From NCBI GenBank assembly GCA_045541355.1, contig JAZQIW010000032.1, positions 2,279 to 66,278 of the forward strand: DNA of 64,000 nt, given 5' to 3'. The stretch is from Eubacteriales bacterium. GTDB taxonomy: Bacteria > Bacillota > Clostridia > Oscillospirales > CAG-382. The translations under genes and the position numbers were made by a program. Position 1 is the first letter of the stretch. Each line of letters opens with the position of its first letter. Positions 25,328 to 34,964 of the stretch are shown in pieces. The notes under the pieces were generated by a model. The model searched no databases. It saw only the letters and a program-made list of their open reading frames with translations, and was not told where the DNA came from.

Positions 25328-27277
25328 ATGAGATTGTTCAAGGTTTTTTCAGATAATGCACTTTTTCAGGCAGATAGCCTCCTTACAATTAGAGGCGTAG
25401 CTGAAAAGAGCTCAAAGGTCACGGTAAGTCTTACGGGTAACAGTGGTGTTTTTTCTGATGGCGCTTGCATATCCGACAAAGACGGTTTGTTCGAGTGTAC
25501 ACTCAAAACTCCGGCTGCTTCATATGATAAGTATGAAATTTCAGCCACCGACGGCGTTGAAAACGTAAAAGTCGCCAATGTAATATTCGGTGAGCTGTGG
25601 CTTGCAGCAGGTCAGTCAAACATGGAACTTGATAATTCGCAGCTTTTTGAATGTGATTGGTATCTTGAAAAGCTTAAGGATATTGATATCAGAGCATATT
25701 GCGAGGATTATGGAGACAATGTCTTTTCGTTGACTCCCGAGAACGAAACCGGCGGCAGATGGGTGTCAAGTCTTAATCATGCGGACCTCAAATATGTTTC
25801 TGCGTGTGCTACGGCATTTTCTGAGGCCCTTAGCAGGCATTTTGAGAGCGAGGGAGCGGGAATACCTGTTGGATTTTTAAACCTCTCCTGGGGCGGAACA
25901 CCGATACGTGCGTGGATACCCATGGAAAACCTTATGTCTGATGAAGTTGTTGTGAAATATCTTGAGCGTCATTCGCTCTTGAAAGTTGATGAAAAGGATA
26001 TTAATTATCAGTATCTCAGCGTAATGTTTAACAGGCGTATTGCTCCCGTCAGAGGAGTTAAGGTCAGGGGCATGATTTGGTATCAGGGTGAATCTGATTC
26101 CGACATTGAGCATACCGAACGCATTTATAAGCACCTTTTCTATATGCTTACAGGTATTTACAAGGAGTTATTTGCACTTGATAAAGATAATTTTAAGGTT
26201 ATTTCTTCACTTATTTACCCATGGCAGTATACAAACATAGGCGATACCCGGGTGGGCGTTTTAAATGATGCTCTTGTAAAGGCATCGGTTGAGCATCCTG
26301 AAACCTATGTATGCTTTTCAGTATATGATCTTCCGCCGCGTTGGAATGCACTGAATAATCATCCCATTCATCCGACGCATAAAAATGCACTCGGCAGAAG
26401 AATGGCGGAGTTGACGTTAAGAAATGTTTATGGCTTAAGTGGTCAGAAGATGCCTTCCTTTATGCGTTCCTACCGTATTGAAAACAACAGAATAATACTT
26501 ACTTTTGATAAATACGAAAAGGGACTGTACACAAGTGACGGTCTTCACGTGAGAGGTATGTATATTGCAGGTAAGGATAGGCTGTATATGCCTGCTGATT
26601 GTGAAATACTTTCCGATTGTGAAATGGCAGTATATCATCCCTGTCTTGATGAGCCTTGCCACTGCTTGTACGGTTGGAGCTCCGTGGAAGTAAACCTTAA
26701 CCTTTTCTCAGGTGAATATCCCGTTCTTCCGTTTGCAACTGATGCCGACTCCAAAGAGCCGATTGTTGTTGAATTAAAGCCGTTTCTTAATCTTGAGGCT
26801 CCTTCAAAGCTTGAGTGCTTCTTTGACGAAACCCCTGACCCTGATTGGTATTACAGACCTGTATGGCAGCCTCTTAATGGCTGTGATGTCTGTCTTGACA
26901 ATGCTTTTACAATGATTACTGAAGGATATAAATACTCTGTTGGCGTTGGTTCGCGTAATAATCCCTTCGGAATGTATACGACAACAGAAGCAGGACATGC
27001 ATTTGATTTTAAAAATTACTCTTCACTTTTGGTTGATGTTTTCCATAGGGGAGATATAAGCTTTGATGCGATAGTTGAGTATGATGACGGTAAAGGTGTT
27101 AAGCTTTGCGGTGCATTTATGGCAGAAGTTGCACCTAAATTTAATCGCTATTCCTTTGATTTTTCAAAGCTTCCCGAAGGTAAGATTGTAAAGCTGTCTT
27201 TGGTCTTTTCAATTGATAATGTCAAGACAATGAAGCATGTAAATGTCGGAAGAATGTATCTCTGTCCTAAAAAATAA
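25328..27277 (+). CDS. Sialate O-acetylesterase-like (SASA-domain) carbohydrate esterase, no signal peptide
   Basis: FGELWLAAGQSNME and MIWYQGESD motifs. The N-terminal LFSD-like beta domain and the long C-terminal beta-rich region also fit. Confidence 0.7.
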   Translation: MRLFKVFSDNALFQADSLLTIRGVAEKSSKVTVSLTGNSGVFSDGACISDKDGLFECTLKTPAASYDKYEISATDGVENVKVANVIFGELWLAAGQSNMELDNSQLFECDWYLEKLKDIDIRAYCEDYGDNVFSLTPENETGGRWVSSLNHADLKYVSACATAFSEALSRHFESEGAGIPVGFLNLSWGGTPIRAWIPMENLMSDEVVVKYLERHSLLKVDEKDINYQYLSVMFNRRIAPVRGVKVRGMIWYQGESDSDIEHTERIYKHLFYMLTGIYKELFALDKDNFKVISSLIYPWQYTNIGDTRVGVLNDALVKASVEHPETYVCFSVYDLPPRWNALNNHPIHPTHKNALGRRMAELTLRNVYGLSGQKMPSFMRSYRIENNRIILTFDKYEKGLYTSDGLHVRGMYIAGKDRLYMPADCEILSDCEMAVYHPCLDEPCHCLYGWSSVEVNLNLFSGEYPVLPFATDADSKEPIVVELKPFLNLEAPSKLECFFDETPDPDWYYRPVWQPLNGCDVCLDNAFTMITEGYKYSVGVGSRNNPFGMYTTTEAGHAFDFKNYSSLLVDVFHRGDISFDAIVEYDDGKGVKLCGAFMAEVAPKFNRYSFDFSKLPEGKIVKLSLVFSIDNVKTMKHVNVGRMYLCPKK

Positions 27278-27285
27278 TCAATTGT

Positions 27286-27310
27286 GGCGGGATTATGCCC
27301 GCCCTTTTTT
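27286..27310 (+). terminator. Rho-independent terminator
   Basis: GGCGGG-ATTATG-CCCGCC followed by CTTTTTT. Confidence 0.8.
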
Positions 27311-27342
27311 ATGAATATATTGTAATAATGTACAAAAAACTC

Positions 27343-27371
27343 TTTACAAAATCAAGATATTGTGCTATTAT
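27343..27371 (+). promoter_or_regulatory. Sigma-A type promoter of hpf
   Basis: TTTACA, a 17-nt spacer, then TATTAT preceded by TGC. Confidence 0.55.
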
Positions 27372-27422
27372 GTACATAAGGAAGGAGAGATTCTTCCAAT
27401 ATAAGCACAGGAGGACTAATGT

Positions 27423-27941
27423 ATGAAGATTACAATCGTAGGGAGAAAGTTTCATGTAACTGACGACCTTAGAGAAAAGGTTGAAAAGAAGCTATCAAAA
27501 TTTGACAAATTCTTCAGCGACGAGGCTACTGCAAATGTAACGATGCGTTCGCAGAGAAATGATGAAATTCTTGAGATTACAATTTTCTATAAAGGAACCA
27601 TGTTCCGTTCCGAGGTTGCTGATAAAGAAATTGAAAATGCTCTCGATAAGTCGCTTGACATAATCGAAAGACAGATAAGAAAAAATAAGACAAGACTTGA
27701 GAAAAAATTCAAAACAGGTGTGTTTGAAGCACTTCCGATAGATGAAGAAGAGGACGAAATCAATATTACTAAAATCAAGAAATTTTCTATATCTCCAATG
27801 AGTGTAGAAGAAGCTGTTCTTCAGATGAACTTACTCGGTCATGCGTTTTTCCTCTTCATTAATGAGGATAGTGGAAATATAAATCTTGTTTATAAAAAAT
27901 CAAATGATGAATATGGTGTTATTGAACCGGTTCTTGATTAA
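27423..27941 (+). CDS. hpf: Ribosome hibernation promoting factor (long HPF)
   Basis: N-terminal YfiA/S30AE domain (MKITIVGRKFHVTDDLREKVEKKL), an acidic linker, and a C-terminal dimerisation domain (MSVEEAVLQMNLLGHAFFLFIN). Confidence 0.92.
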   Translation: MKITIVGRKFHVTDDLREKVEKKLSKFDKFFSDEATANVTMRSQRNDEILEITIFYKGTMFRSEVADKEIENALDKSLDIIERQIRKNKTRLEKKFKTGVFEALPIDEEEDEINITKIKKFSISPMSVEEAVLQMNLLGHAFFLFINEDSGNINLVYKKSNDEYGVIEPVLD

Positions 27942-27950
27942 ATCATTATT

Positions 27951-27978
27951 TAAGCCTGCGGCATATGCCGCAGGCTTA
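27951..27978. terminator. Bidirectional terminator between convergent hpf and coaD
   Basis: Perfect 28-nt palindrome TAAGCCTGCGGCATATGCCGCAGGCTTA, flanked by A/T runs on both sides. Confidence 0.8.
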
Positions 27979-27981
27979 TTA

Positions 27982-28470
27982 TTATTCTCTTACTGTTTTA
28001 TATAACAGTTCGCTGTTTGGTACAAGGTCTGTAACATCAGCATCATTTGAAAGAAGCATTCTTACAACGGTTGAACTTACATCGGTGTATTCTTTTGAGC
28101 AGGGAAGATACATGGTCTCAAAGTCCTTTCCGTACATTTTACGGGAAAGAAGCATGTTTGTTGCCGCCATGCTTTCCTCATATTGATAATCCTTGTCATT
28201 TCTTATGCCTTTAACAGTAACGTCAATGTCGTTAGTATTTGCAAAATCTACAAGTAAACCGTCATAAATGGCAACACGCACATTGTGAAGCTTTTTTACT
28301 GCATCATCAACGAGCATGGCACGTTTTTCGGAACAGAGCATATAGTTTTTTGAGGAATTTTTGGACACAAGCACCACTACCTCATCAAACAGACGAGATG
28401 CACGCATTATTATATCAAGATGACCGACCGTTATCGGGTCAAAGCTTCCGGGAATTAACGCTCTACTCAT
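27982..28470 (-). CDS. coaD: Phosphopantetheine adenylyltransferase
   Basis: The ALIPGSFDPITVGHLDII motif. The start is probably the second Met (28470), which overlaps the rsmD stop; the track start is 28497. Confidence 0.92.
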   Translation of the reverse strand: MSRALIPGSFDPITVGHLDIIMRASRLFDEVVVLVSKNSSKNYMLCSEKRAMLVDDAVKKLHNVRVAIYDGLLVDFANTNDIDVTVKGIRNDKDYQYEESMAATNMLLSRKMYGKDFETMYLPCSKEYTDVSSTVVRMLLSNDADVTDLVPNSELLYKTVRE

Positions 28471-29047
28471 TTGCTTCACCTTCTTCGGACTTTTCATTAT
28501 AAGTAAACATAGTTATAAACACCTTGCCGTATCTGTATTTTTTCTTAAATGTAAGGTTATATATCTCTTCATCCCGGTTACAGAAATCAACATTGGTTTC
28601 ACATATTACAATCGCACCATCGTTAAGAATATTGGCACGTGTAAGCTTTTTAAGTATTTCTGCTTTCATATCCTTGGCATAGGGGGGATCAAGAAAAACC
28701 AAATCAAATTTTTCTTTGTTAGAAGCTGATTTTAAATACTCGCTGTAATCCATTCTTGAGATTCTGCACTGCTTCATAAGACCGGTGCTTTTTGCGTTCT
28801 GCTTGATTATTTCAACAGCTTCAACGCTTGAATCTATAAGAACGGCGCTGTCAGCACCACGGCTAATTGCTTCAAGACCTATTTGACCGCAGCCTGAGAA
28901 TAAATCAAGCACTCTGCGTCCCTGTATATCAAACTGTATTGCGCTGAACATACCTTCCTTAACACGCTCAATCGTGGGGCGTGTTATATCTTCGCCCGGA
29001 AGAGTTACAAGTGCTTTTCTGTTGGCTTTTCCTGCAATTATTCTCAT
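28463..29047 (-). CDS. rsmD: 16S rRNA (guanine966-N2)-methyltransferase RsmD
   Basis: MRIIAGKANRK...TRPTIERVKEGMFS...VLDLFSGCGQIGLEAISRGA...FLDPPY. Confidence 0.9.
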   Translation of the reverse strand: MRIIAGKANRKALVTLPGEDITRPTIERVKEGMFSAIQFDIQGRRVLDLFSGCGQIGLEAISRGADSAVLIDSSVEAVEIIKQNAKSTGLMKQCRISRMDYSEYLKSASNKEKFDLVFLDPPYAKDMKAEILKKLTRANILNDGAIVICETNVDFCNRDEEIYNLTFKKKYRYGKVFITMFTYNEKSEEGEANE

Positions 29048-29050
29048 AGT

Positions 29051-30883
29051 TTACTCCTGTATATTAAAATGTTTGATAATTTCTGCGGCAATAGACTCGC
29101 TTATACCGCTTACCTTTGTTAAATCGCCGAGAGAGGCGTTTTTTATGGCTGTAAGGCTGCCAAAGTGCCTGAGAAGTGCATTTGCCTTAGCTTCGCCAAT
29201 GCCTTCAATTTCGACAAGTGATGAGTGTTTGACGGCCTTTCGCCTTGAGGCATCCATTTTACTGAAGGTGTACCTGTGAACTTCTTCCTGAATCTTATAG
29301 AAGAAATTAAACATTTCCTGATTTTTTGCTATGCTGATTTCATTTTCACCATCAGTCAAAGTTCTTGTTTTGTGGTGCTCATCCTTTATAAGTCCGAAAA
29401 CCGGAATAAAAAGATTCATTTCATTCAGTAGCCTCTTTATTGTACTGACATGACCGACGCCGCCGTCAAGAAGAATAAGATCCGGAAGCTCATTCATTGA
29501 AGTATCGTCATCCTTGCCAATATGATTCAGCCTTCTTTCAAGTGCTTCCTTCATTGCTGAATAGTCATCCTGACCTTCAACTGATTTTATGGAAAAGGAA
29601 CGGTAATCGGATTTTTTTAATTTGCCGCCTAAAAGCACAATCATTCCACAGTACATCGATGTCTCGCCTGAATTTGAAATGTCGTAGCATTCAATTCTTT
29701 CGGGTATAACCTCAAGCATAAGAAGCTTTGAGACATTTATAAGCAGTTCTTCGTTGTTAGAAAGAATAGCAAGTCTTGTGTTAATAGCTTCCTTTGAATT
29801 GTTAATTGCTATATTGCATAATGCGCGTTTGTCACCTCGTTCCGGATGATGAACTGATACGGGGTGAAGGGCGAGGGAGGAAAAGGTATCCGAAAGCTCT
29901 TTGATTGCTTCCTGATCAAGGTCAAAGGAAATTTGAATATACCTCGGAATCATATCATAGTTGTCATAGTATCTGAGCATAAGGTCACAGAGTGCCTCAT
30001 TGTCACTTATTTCGTCAGGCGACAGAAATATACATTCCTTGTCGGATATTATACCCGAACGCACCTTTAAGACCGTTATACATGAAAGAGTATCTGTTTC
30101 AAAATAGCCAAAAACATCTTCTTCGTTCTTGGGAGTGGAAACAACTGCCTGCTTCTCATTAAGCTTTTTTAAATTTATAATGCTGTCTCTGTGTTTTGCC
30201 GCTTCTTCAAATCTCATTGCCTCTGATGCCGCAAGCATCTTTTGACTGAGCATTTCCTCGGCTGACTTAAAATCTCCCTTTAAAAAGTATTCAATCTGTT
30301 TAATAACGTCATTGTAGTCCTGTGGTTTTATTGTTCCGTTACAAGGTGCAAGACAGTTGTCAAGATGATATGATAAGCAGGGTCTGCAGATTCTTTTGCC
30401 GTAGCAGAATTTTTTATCACAGTCGGGAATTCGGAAAATCTTTTGAATAGTTTTTATGATGTCGTTAACAGCAAACGATGATGTGTAGGGCCCAAAGTAT
30501 TTTGCTTTAGAATCGTTTCTTCTTCGTGACAGGCTAAGCTTCGGAAAACCGTTTTCATCTGAAAGCTTGATGTAAGGATAGGTTTTTGCATCCTTGAGCT
30601 TAATATTGTATTTCGGATTGTGCCGTTTAATCAGTTCATTTTCAAGAACAAGCGCCTCAGCCTCGTTTCGTGTGACAATTATATCAAAATCATATATATT
30701 TGAAACAAGCTTCTGTGTTTTTATACTAAGACCGTAAGAGTTGAAATAACTTGAAACTCTGTTTTTCAGGCATTTGGATTTACCGACATAGATAATCTTA
30801 CCCTTATCATTCTTCATAAGATAAACACCAGGCATTAGGGGAAGGGTATCAAGCTTATCTTTGAATTGCGTGCTTCGTTCCAG
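29051..30883 (-). CDS. uvrC: Excinuclease ABC subunit C (probable CTG start at 30883; first ATG at 30835)
   Basis: GIY-YIG domain (PGVYLMKNDKGKIIYVGKSKCLKNRVSSYF), UvrBC domain and C-terminal (HhH)2. The conserved N-terminal segment FKDKLDTLP lies upstream of the first ATG, in frame after a TAA. Confidence 0.9.
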   Translation of the reverse strand: MERSTQFKDKLDTLPLMPGVYLMKNDKGKIIYVGKSKCLKNRVSSYFNSYGLSIKTQKLVSNIYDFDIIVTRNEAEALVLENELIKRHNPKYNIKLKDAKTYPYIKLSDENGFPKLSLSRRRNDSKAKYFGPYTSSFAVNDIIKTIQKIFRIPDCDKKFCYGKRICRPCLSYHLDNCLAPCNGTIKPQDYNDVIKQIEYFLKGDFKSAEEMLSQKMLAASEAMRFEEAAKHRDSIINLKKLNEKQAVVSTPKNEEDVFGYFETDTLSCITVLKVRSGIISDKECIFLSPDEISDNEALCDLMLRYYDNYDMIPRYIQISFDLDQEAIKELSDTFSSLALHPVSVHHPERGDKRALCNIAINNSKEAINTRLAILSNNEELLINVSKLLMLEVIPERIECYDISNSGETSMYCGMIVLLGGKLKKSDYRSFSIKSVEGQDDYSAMKEALERRLNHIGKDDDTSMNELPDLILLDGGVGHVSTIKRLLNEMNLFIPVFGLIKDEHHKTRTLTDGENEISIAKNQEMFNFFYKIQEEVHRYTFSKMDASRRKAVKHSSLVEIEGIGEAKANALLRHFGSLTAIKNASLGDLTKVSGISESIAAEIIKHFNIQE

Positions 30884-30954
30884 TTAAATCACCACCTTAA
30901 AAACAAAAAAGGAGCACTTACTAAGCAGTACTCCAAAAGCATAAGTAAACTTTA

Positions 30955-31218
30955 TTATTCTGCAAAACCTGTTGCAATAAGAGCCGCGAGCTCTTCAACA
31001 GCGTTCTCTTCATCACTGCCGTCAGCGATAATTGTGATTTTGGTTTCTTTTGCAATACCGAGAGAAAGAACACCGAGAAGGCTCTTTGCATTTGCACGTC
31101 TGTCGCCGTTTTCTACCCAAATAGAACTCTTAAAAGTATTTGCTTTGTGTATAAAGAAGGTAGCAGGTCTTGCGTGCAATCCTTCTGGATTTCTTACTTC
31201 AATTTCCTTTGAGAACAT
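30955..31218 (-). CDS. ptsH: Phosphocarrier protein HPr
   Basis: GLHARPA (His15) and NAKSLLGVLSLG (Ser46); 87 aa. Confidence 0.95.
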   Translation of the reverse strand: MFSKEIEVRNPEGLHARPATFFIHKANTFKSSIWVENGDRRANAKSLLGVLSLGIAKETKITIIADGSDEENAVEELAALIATGFAE

Positions 31219-31262
31219 CTTAAATTACCCTCCAAATAGATATAGGACTTACTATAAACATT

Positions 31263-31291
31263 ATTTTAACAGAAAACTTCAATAAAATCAA
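31263..31291 (-). promoter_or_regulatory. Candidate sigma-A promoter of ptsH
   Basis: On the minus strand: TTGATT, a 17-nt spacer, then TAAAAT, about 45 nt upstream of the start codon. Confidence 0.45.
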
Positions 31292-31385
31292 TAACAAACT
31301 ATGAATTTTACAAAAAATCCAAAAAATTCTGTTTTGTACAAAATAGAATAATTCACGTACAAATAAAATGTAGAATGTGACAGCG

Positions 31386-31874
31386 TTATTTGACTGTGAT
31401 TTTAGTAACCGTTCCTTCAAAGCTTGCATTGTCAGTTTCAAGCTGCAGAACGCTTCCGCATGAAACAAATCTTTCTCCGTTAATAAAGCTTCCTTCATTT
31501 CCGCTAACCAATGTGGTTTCAATTCTTAAAACATATTCCTTTTGGTTGTTGTCACCGTAAGTAATGTCATATACCTTGTTTTCGCTGTTTACCACATAAT
31601 TTTTGCTGAGACGTCTTACGTTAGAAAGTAAAACACCGCAGGTCTTACTATTGTCGGAAAAATATACTTTACTGCCGTTTTTAAAAACATAGTTTATCCT
31701 GTTGTGCATATCGGGTTTTACAGTAAGAGTGATTACTGCATCTTGGGTTTTATTGGAAACCGATGTGATTTTTCTTATATTTGTTCTTAGGACAGAGCCG
31801 AGCAGTAAAGCGATAACAATTATAATTATGGCAATATCAAGGATGTTGAATTTTTTTAAGACATTCTTTTTCAT
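31386..31874 (-). CDS. N-terminally anchored small beta-rich protein (DUF4330-like by size and topology, from memory)
   Basis: One TM helix (FNILDIAIIIIVIALLLGSVL) followed by a ~130-aa beta-rich domain. GAGGTGG RBS. The ATG overlaps the upstream stop (ATGA). It is a paralog of the upstream gene. Confidence 0.6.
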   Translation of the reverse strand: MKKNVLKKFNILDIAIIIIVIALLLGSVLRTNIRKITSVSNKTQDAVITLTVKPDMHNRINYVFKNGSKVYFSDNSKTCGVLLSNVRRLSKNYVVNSENKVYDITYGDNNQKEYVLRIETTLVSGNEGSFINGERFVSCGSVLQLETDNASFEGTVTKITVK

Positions 31875-32371
31875 TTTGCCACCTCGTTTGATAAGCTTCT
31901 GACTGATACAGTAACAATTGTGCCGACAGCATTGTATTCTGGTACATGAAATTCGATTTGCTTGCCGATTTCAATTTTCTCGTTGTTAATGAAAATCACA
32001 TCGTCATCAATTTCCGCTTCACATTCGATGGTTACCGTAGCTTCCTGTAAATCGGGATAATAGTACCGTTCATAAATACCGCTGATGCTGTTGAAGTGAA
32101 CATCGGAGGATGAGGAGTATCCCACGCTTGATACCTTTCCAAGCTCAGAAGAGGATTCGGAAAACCATGCCGTGTCTCCCTGCTTTATAAGTCCTGAATG
32201 TTCAGATGATATTTTATCAACAAAAACTGTTATTTCGACCTTGTCCTTGGGTGAAAAATCGACCAGAGCGCTGTCAGAAAAGAAAAAGTACAACAGCAAT
32301 ACTGCAATTAACAGCGTTGATGAAAAAATGAGCACATCAACAAAATTGATTTTTCTTTTTGTTGTATTCAA
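31871..32371 (-). CDS. N-terminally anchored small beta-rich protein, paralog of 31386-31874
   Basis: One TM helix (FVDVLIFSSTLLIAVLLLYFF) and the same size class as the downstream paralog. GAGGTGA RBS and a TTG start 20 nt after the upstream stop. Confidence 0.6.
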   Translation of the reverse strand: MNTTKRKINFVDVLIFSSTLLIAVLLLYFFFSDSALVDFSPKDKVEITVFVDKISSEHSGLIKQGDTAWFSESSSELGKVSSVGYSSSSDVHFNSISGIYERYYYPDLQEATVTIECEAEIDDDVIFINNEKIEIGKQIEFHVPEYNAVGTIVTVSVRSLSNEVAK

Positions 32372-32391
32372 AATAATTCACCTCAGCATAT

Positions 32392-34212
32392 TTAATAGAT
32401 ATCATATTCGCACTGTGATTCTCGATCAATATAGTCTGCCTCATAGCATCTCGGAGCAACATAGCACAAAGCAAGAACACTGCAAAACATGATAACAAGC
32501 CTTGAGTCGGCAAAAACATTGAAGTAAAGCCCCATAACAGCAAACGAAATTACGGAAGCAAACAGACCGATTGATATTGCTTTTGCACTCTCTGATTTTA
32601 AGTCATTTGAAATAGTAAACTTAAAACATTTATAAATAATTATACCAACAATTATAAATACAAGAAGGCTTCCTGCAATTCCGAGACAAAGAAGCATCTG
32701 TGTATACAGGCTTTCAGGCAGTAAGTCTCTAAGCTCGGTTGGAAAATAGCTTCGAAATACCGAATTGAAATTCTCTTTACCGATTCCGATTCCGAAAATC
32801 GAATGATCCTTGAAAACCTCAAGATATGTGTTATATAACGTCGATTTTGTTATGATGCCATCGCTTACCGAAAACAGCTTAAATGTGTCGGGAACTAAGC
32901 GATAAAGCCTTGAAAGAAGTCCTGCGGCAAAGGGGCAGAGAAGCAATATAAATGATGCTTTTTTCTTAAACATAGAAACAACAATTGCGCAGGAAATCAA
33001 GAGAGTAAAGATAACTGTGTAGCTGCATGCGCCGATTGTGCAGAAAAACAAAAGGAAAACAGTAACAAGCGATGTAACCTTTGATGACGTTTTCTTTTCC
33101 TTTAGCGCAAGAGAAAGATTTATGGGTATTGACAGGGTTATAAAAGGAATATAAAATCTGTGATCTGAAACTGCGGAAAGAATATACGACATCGGTGTTC
33201 CGGATAATGCTGAAAGTGCACTGTCAATGTTGAAGAATATTGAGTAGACATAGCTTATGATAACAGCAGTCACATAAAACCTGCTGAAGCTGACTATGAG
33301 CTTTAAGCATCTTCTCAGCATTGCAGTAGACCGTATTAAGTTAATAATGCTAAAGAACATAAGGATGGGTATGATAAATTTTAGCGATGCTTTATATTCC
33401 GGAATACCGGAAGAATTAAAGATGCCGCTAAGCAAAAGCATTATACATAACACAAAGAGTAAAAGACTTTCGCGATTGATGCTGATATGCCGCTTTTTTC
33501 TGAGGTATTTATAAATCAGAGAAATGAAGGTTGCAGCACATAGGAGCATTGCAAATTTTTCGTTAAGAAAAGGGGTCATGAAAGTGGTAAACAAAATACC
33601 GCATTCAGGTCTGTTTATGATAAAAAGAATATATAAAAGCGACAACAGAAAAGCTGTTATTGAAAAAGCGGGATATAAAAGTGTGATGATGCCTGAAAGG
33701 ATGCCCAGAAAGAAGGCGGTTGAATAACCCTCTGATACACCATTTTGATAATTATCGAGTCTCAGAATGCTTTCATCATATGTGATATAGAGTCCTGATA
33801 GAAGGCTGCTCGTGTTAAAAAGCTCGTATAATCGTTTTTTTGATGTAAAAAATATCAGAGATATAAGCAGCGTGATGAGAAGAACGTAGGTGCTGCTGCT
33901 TGAAACGAAACTTGAATAATTAATTTTTACTGCAAAACCAAGTGCAAGGGAAGAAACGCTGAATGTAAAAAGAAATAAGGCAAGAACCCTGAGAGGTAAA
34001 TTTAAAATTCTGATATATAAGTTATCCAAAACGAATGACAAATGTGATGATTCGCAGTTAGATGCAAAATAAGTTCTGAATGCAGATATGTGTTTTAGGA
34101 TACGGTGCTTTTCTGCATCTTTAATCGAAGCATCAAGATTCTCTGAAAGCTCAACTTGTGAACCTGCCGTTGTCGATTGACTGTTTGCATAATCATAATC
34201 ATTTCTTTTCAC
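32392..34212 (-). CDS. Polytopic membrane protein, O-antigen ligase/polymerase (Wzy_C)-like
   Basis: 606 aa, with a ~90-aa cytoplasmic N-terminus followed by 12 or more TM helices. The segment ESLYTQMLLCLGIAG resembles the H-[NS]-x-[YF]-L...E-x-G Wzy_C signature, but the His is not conserved. GTG start with a GAGGTGA RBS 20 nt after the trmD stop. Confidence 0.5.
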   Translation of the reverse strand: MKRNDYDYANSQSTTAGSQVELSENLDASIKDAEKHRILKHISAFRTYFASNCESSHLSFVLDNLYIRILNLPLRVLALFLFTFSVSSLALGFAVKINYSSFVSSSSTYVLLITLLISLIFFTSKKRLYELFNTSSLLSGLYITYDESILRLDNYQNGVSEGYSTAFFLGILSGIITLLYPAFSITAFLLSLLYILFIINRPECGILFTTFMTPFLNEKFAMLLCAATFISLIYKYLRKKRHISINRESLLLFVLCIMLLLSGIFNSSGIPEYKASLKFIIPILMFFSIINLIRSTAMLRRCLKLIVSFSRFYVTAVIISYVYSIFFNIDSALSALSGTPMSYILSAVSDHRFYIPFITLSIPINLSLALKEKKTSSKVTSLVTVFLLFFCTIGACSYTVIFTLLISCAIVVSMFKKKASFILLLCPFAAGLLSRLYRLVPDTFKLFSVSDGIITKSTLYNTYLEVFKDHSIFGIGIGKENFNSVFRSYFPTELRDLLPESLYTQMLLCLGIAGSLLVFIIVGIIIYKCFKFTISNDLKSESAKAISIGLFASVISFAVMGLYFNVFADSRLVIMFCSVLALCYVAPRCYEADYIDRESQCEYDIY

Positions 34213-34232
34213 ATTATCACCTCGTTTCTGTA

Positions 34233-34964
34233 TTATTTGTCTTTAATACTCTCAAGATAAAGAATATCGTTTTTTGACAGTTCAGCCTTGTCAAGCAGTT
34301 CAGGCCTGTGAATTAAGGTTTCGCGAAGCGCCTGCTGTCTTTGCCATAGCTTTATGTCTACGTGATTACCGCCTGCAAGAACCTCGGGTACCTTTAATCC
34401 GTTATAATCGTAAGGCTTGGTGTATTGAGGATATTCAAGAAGTCCGGATGCTATGCTCTCATCCTCATAACAGACCTTGTCAGGAAGAACTCCCGGTAAA
34501 AGTCTCGCTACGGCATCAATTATCATCACCGCAGGAAGCTCACCGCCCGTCAGTACAAAATCACCGATTGAAATTTCTTCATCAATGAGCAGCTCATTTA
34601 CTCTTGCATCAATACCTTCGTAATGTCCGCAAAGAAATACGAGGCTGTCATATTTTGAAAGCTCAAGAGCCTTTTCGTGATTAAAAACATTGCCCTTTGG
34701 TGAGAGATAAATGACTCTGCTGTTTTCGGGAAGCGCGCCTTCAAAGCTTTTGTAACAGTCCATTATGGGTTGAACCGTCATAAGCATACCAAAGCCTCCG
34801 CCGTAGGGGGTGTCGTCGACCTTTCTGTGCTTGTCAAGGGTGTAGTCGCGTATGTTGTGAACATGAACATCAAAGAGCTTTGCTTTTTGCGCTCTGCCGA
34901 GAATACTTGAGTCGGTATATGCTGTAATCATGTCAGGAAAAAGAGTCATTACGTCAAAACGCAT
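34233..34964 (-). CDS. trmD: tRNA (guanine37-N1)-methyltransferase
   Basis: MRFDVMTLFPDM..., GGGFGMLM and LCGHYEGIDARV motifs. Confidence 0.95.
   Translation of the reverse strand: MRFDVMTLFPDMITAYTDSSILGRAQKAKLFDVHVHNIRDYTLDKHRKVDDTPYGGGFGMLMTVQPIMDCYKSFEGALPENSRVIYLSPKGNVFNHEKALELSKYDSLVFLCGHYEGIDARVNELLIDEEISIGDFVLTGGELPAVMIIDAVARLLPGVLPDKVCYEDESIASGLLEYPQYTKPYDYNGLKVPEVLAGGNHVDIKLWQRQQALRETLIHRPELLDKAELSKNDILYLESIKDK

Noticed and set aside
24811-25341. 176-aa minus-strand ORF inside the fumarate hydratase alpha gene
   Set aside because: It is antisense to a gene with the diagnostic CQDTGMAV motif. It has no RBS and no motifs.
30866-31522. ORFs 30866-31285 (+) and 31220-31522 (-) around ptsH
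   Set aside because: The first is antisense to HPr and runs through the uvrC start region. The second spans the ptsH promoter region and the 3' end of the anchored-protein gene. Neither has an RBS or a recognisable motif.
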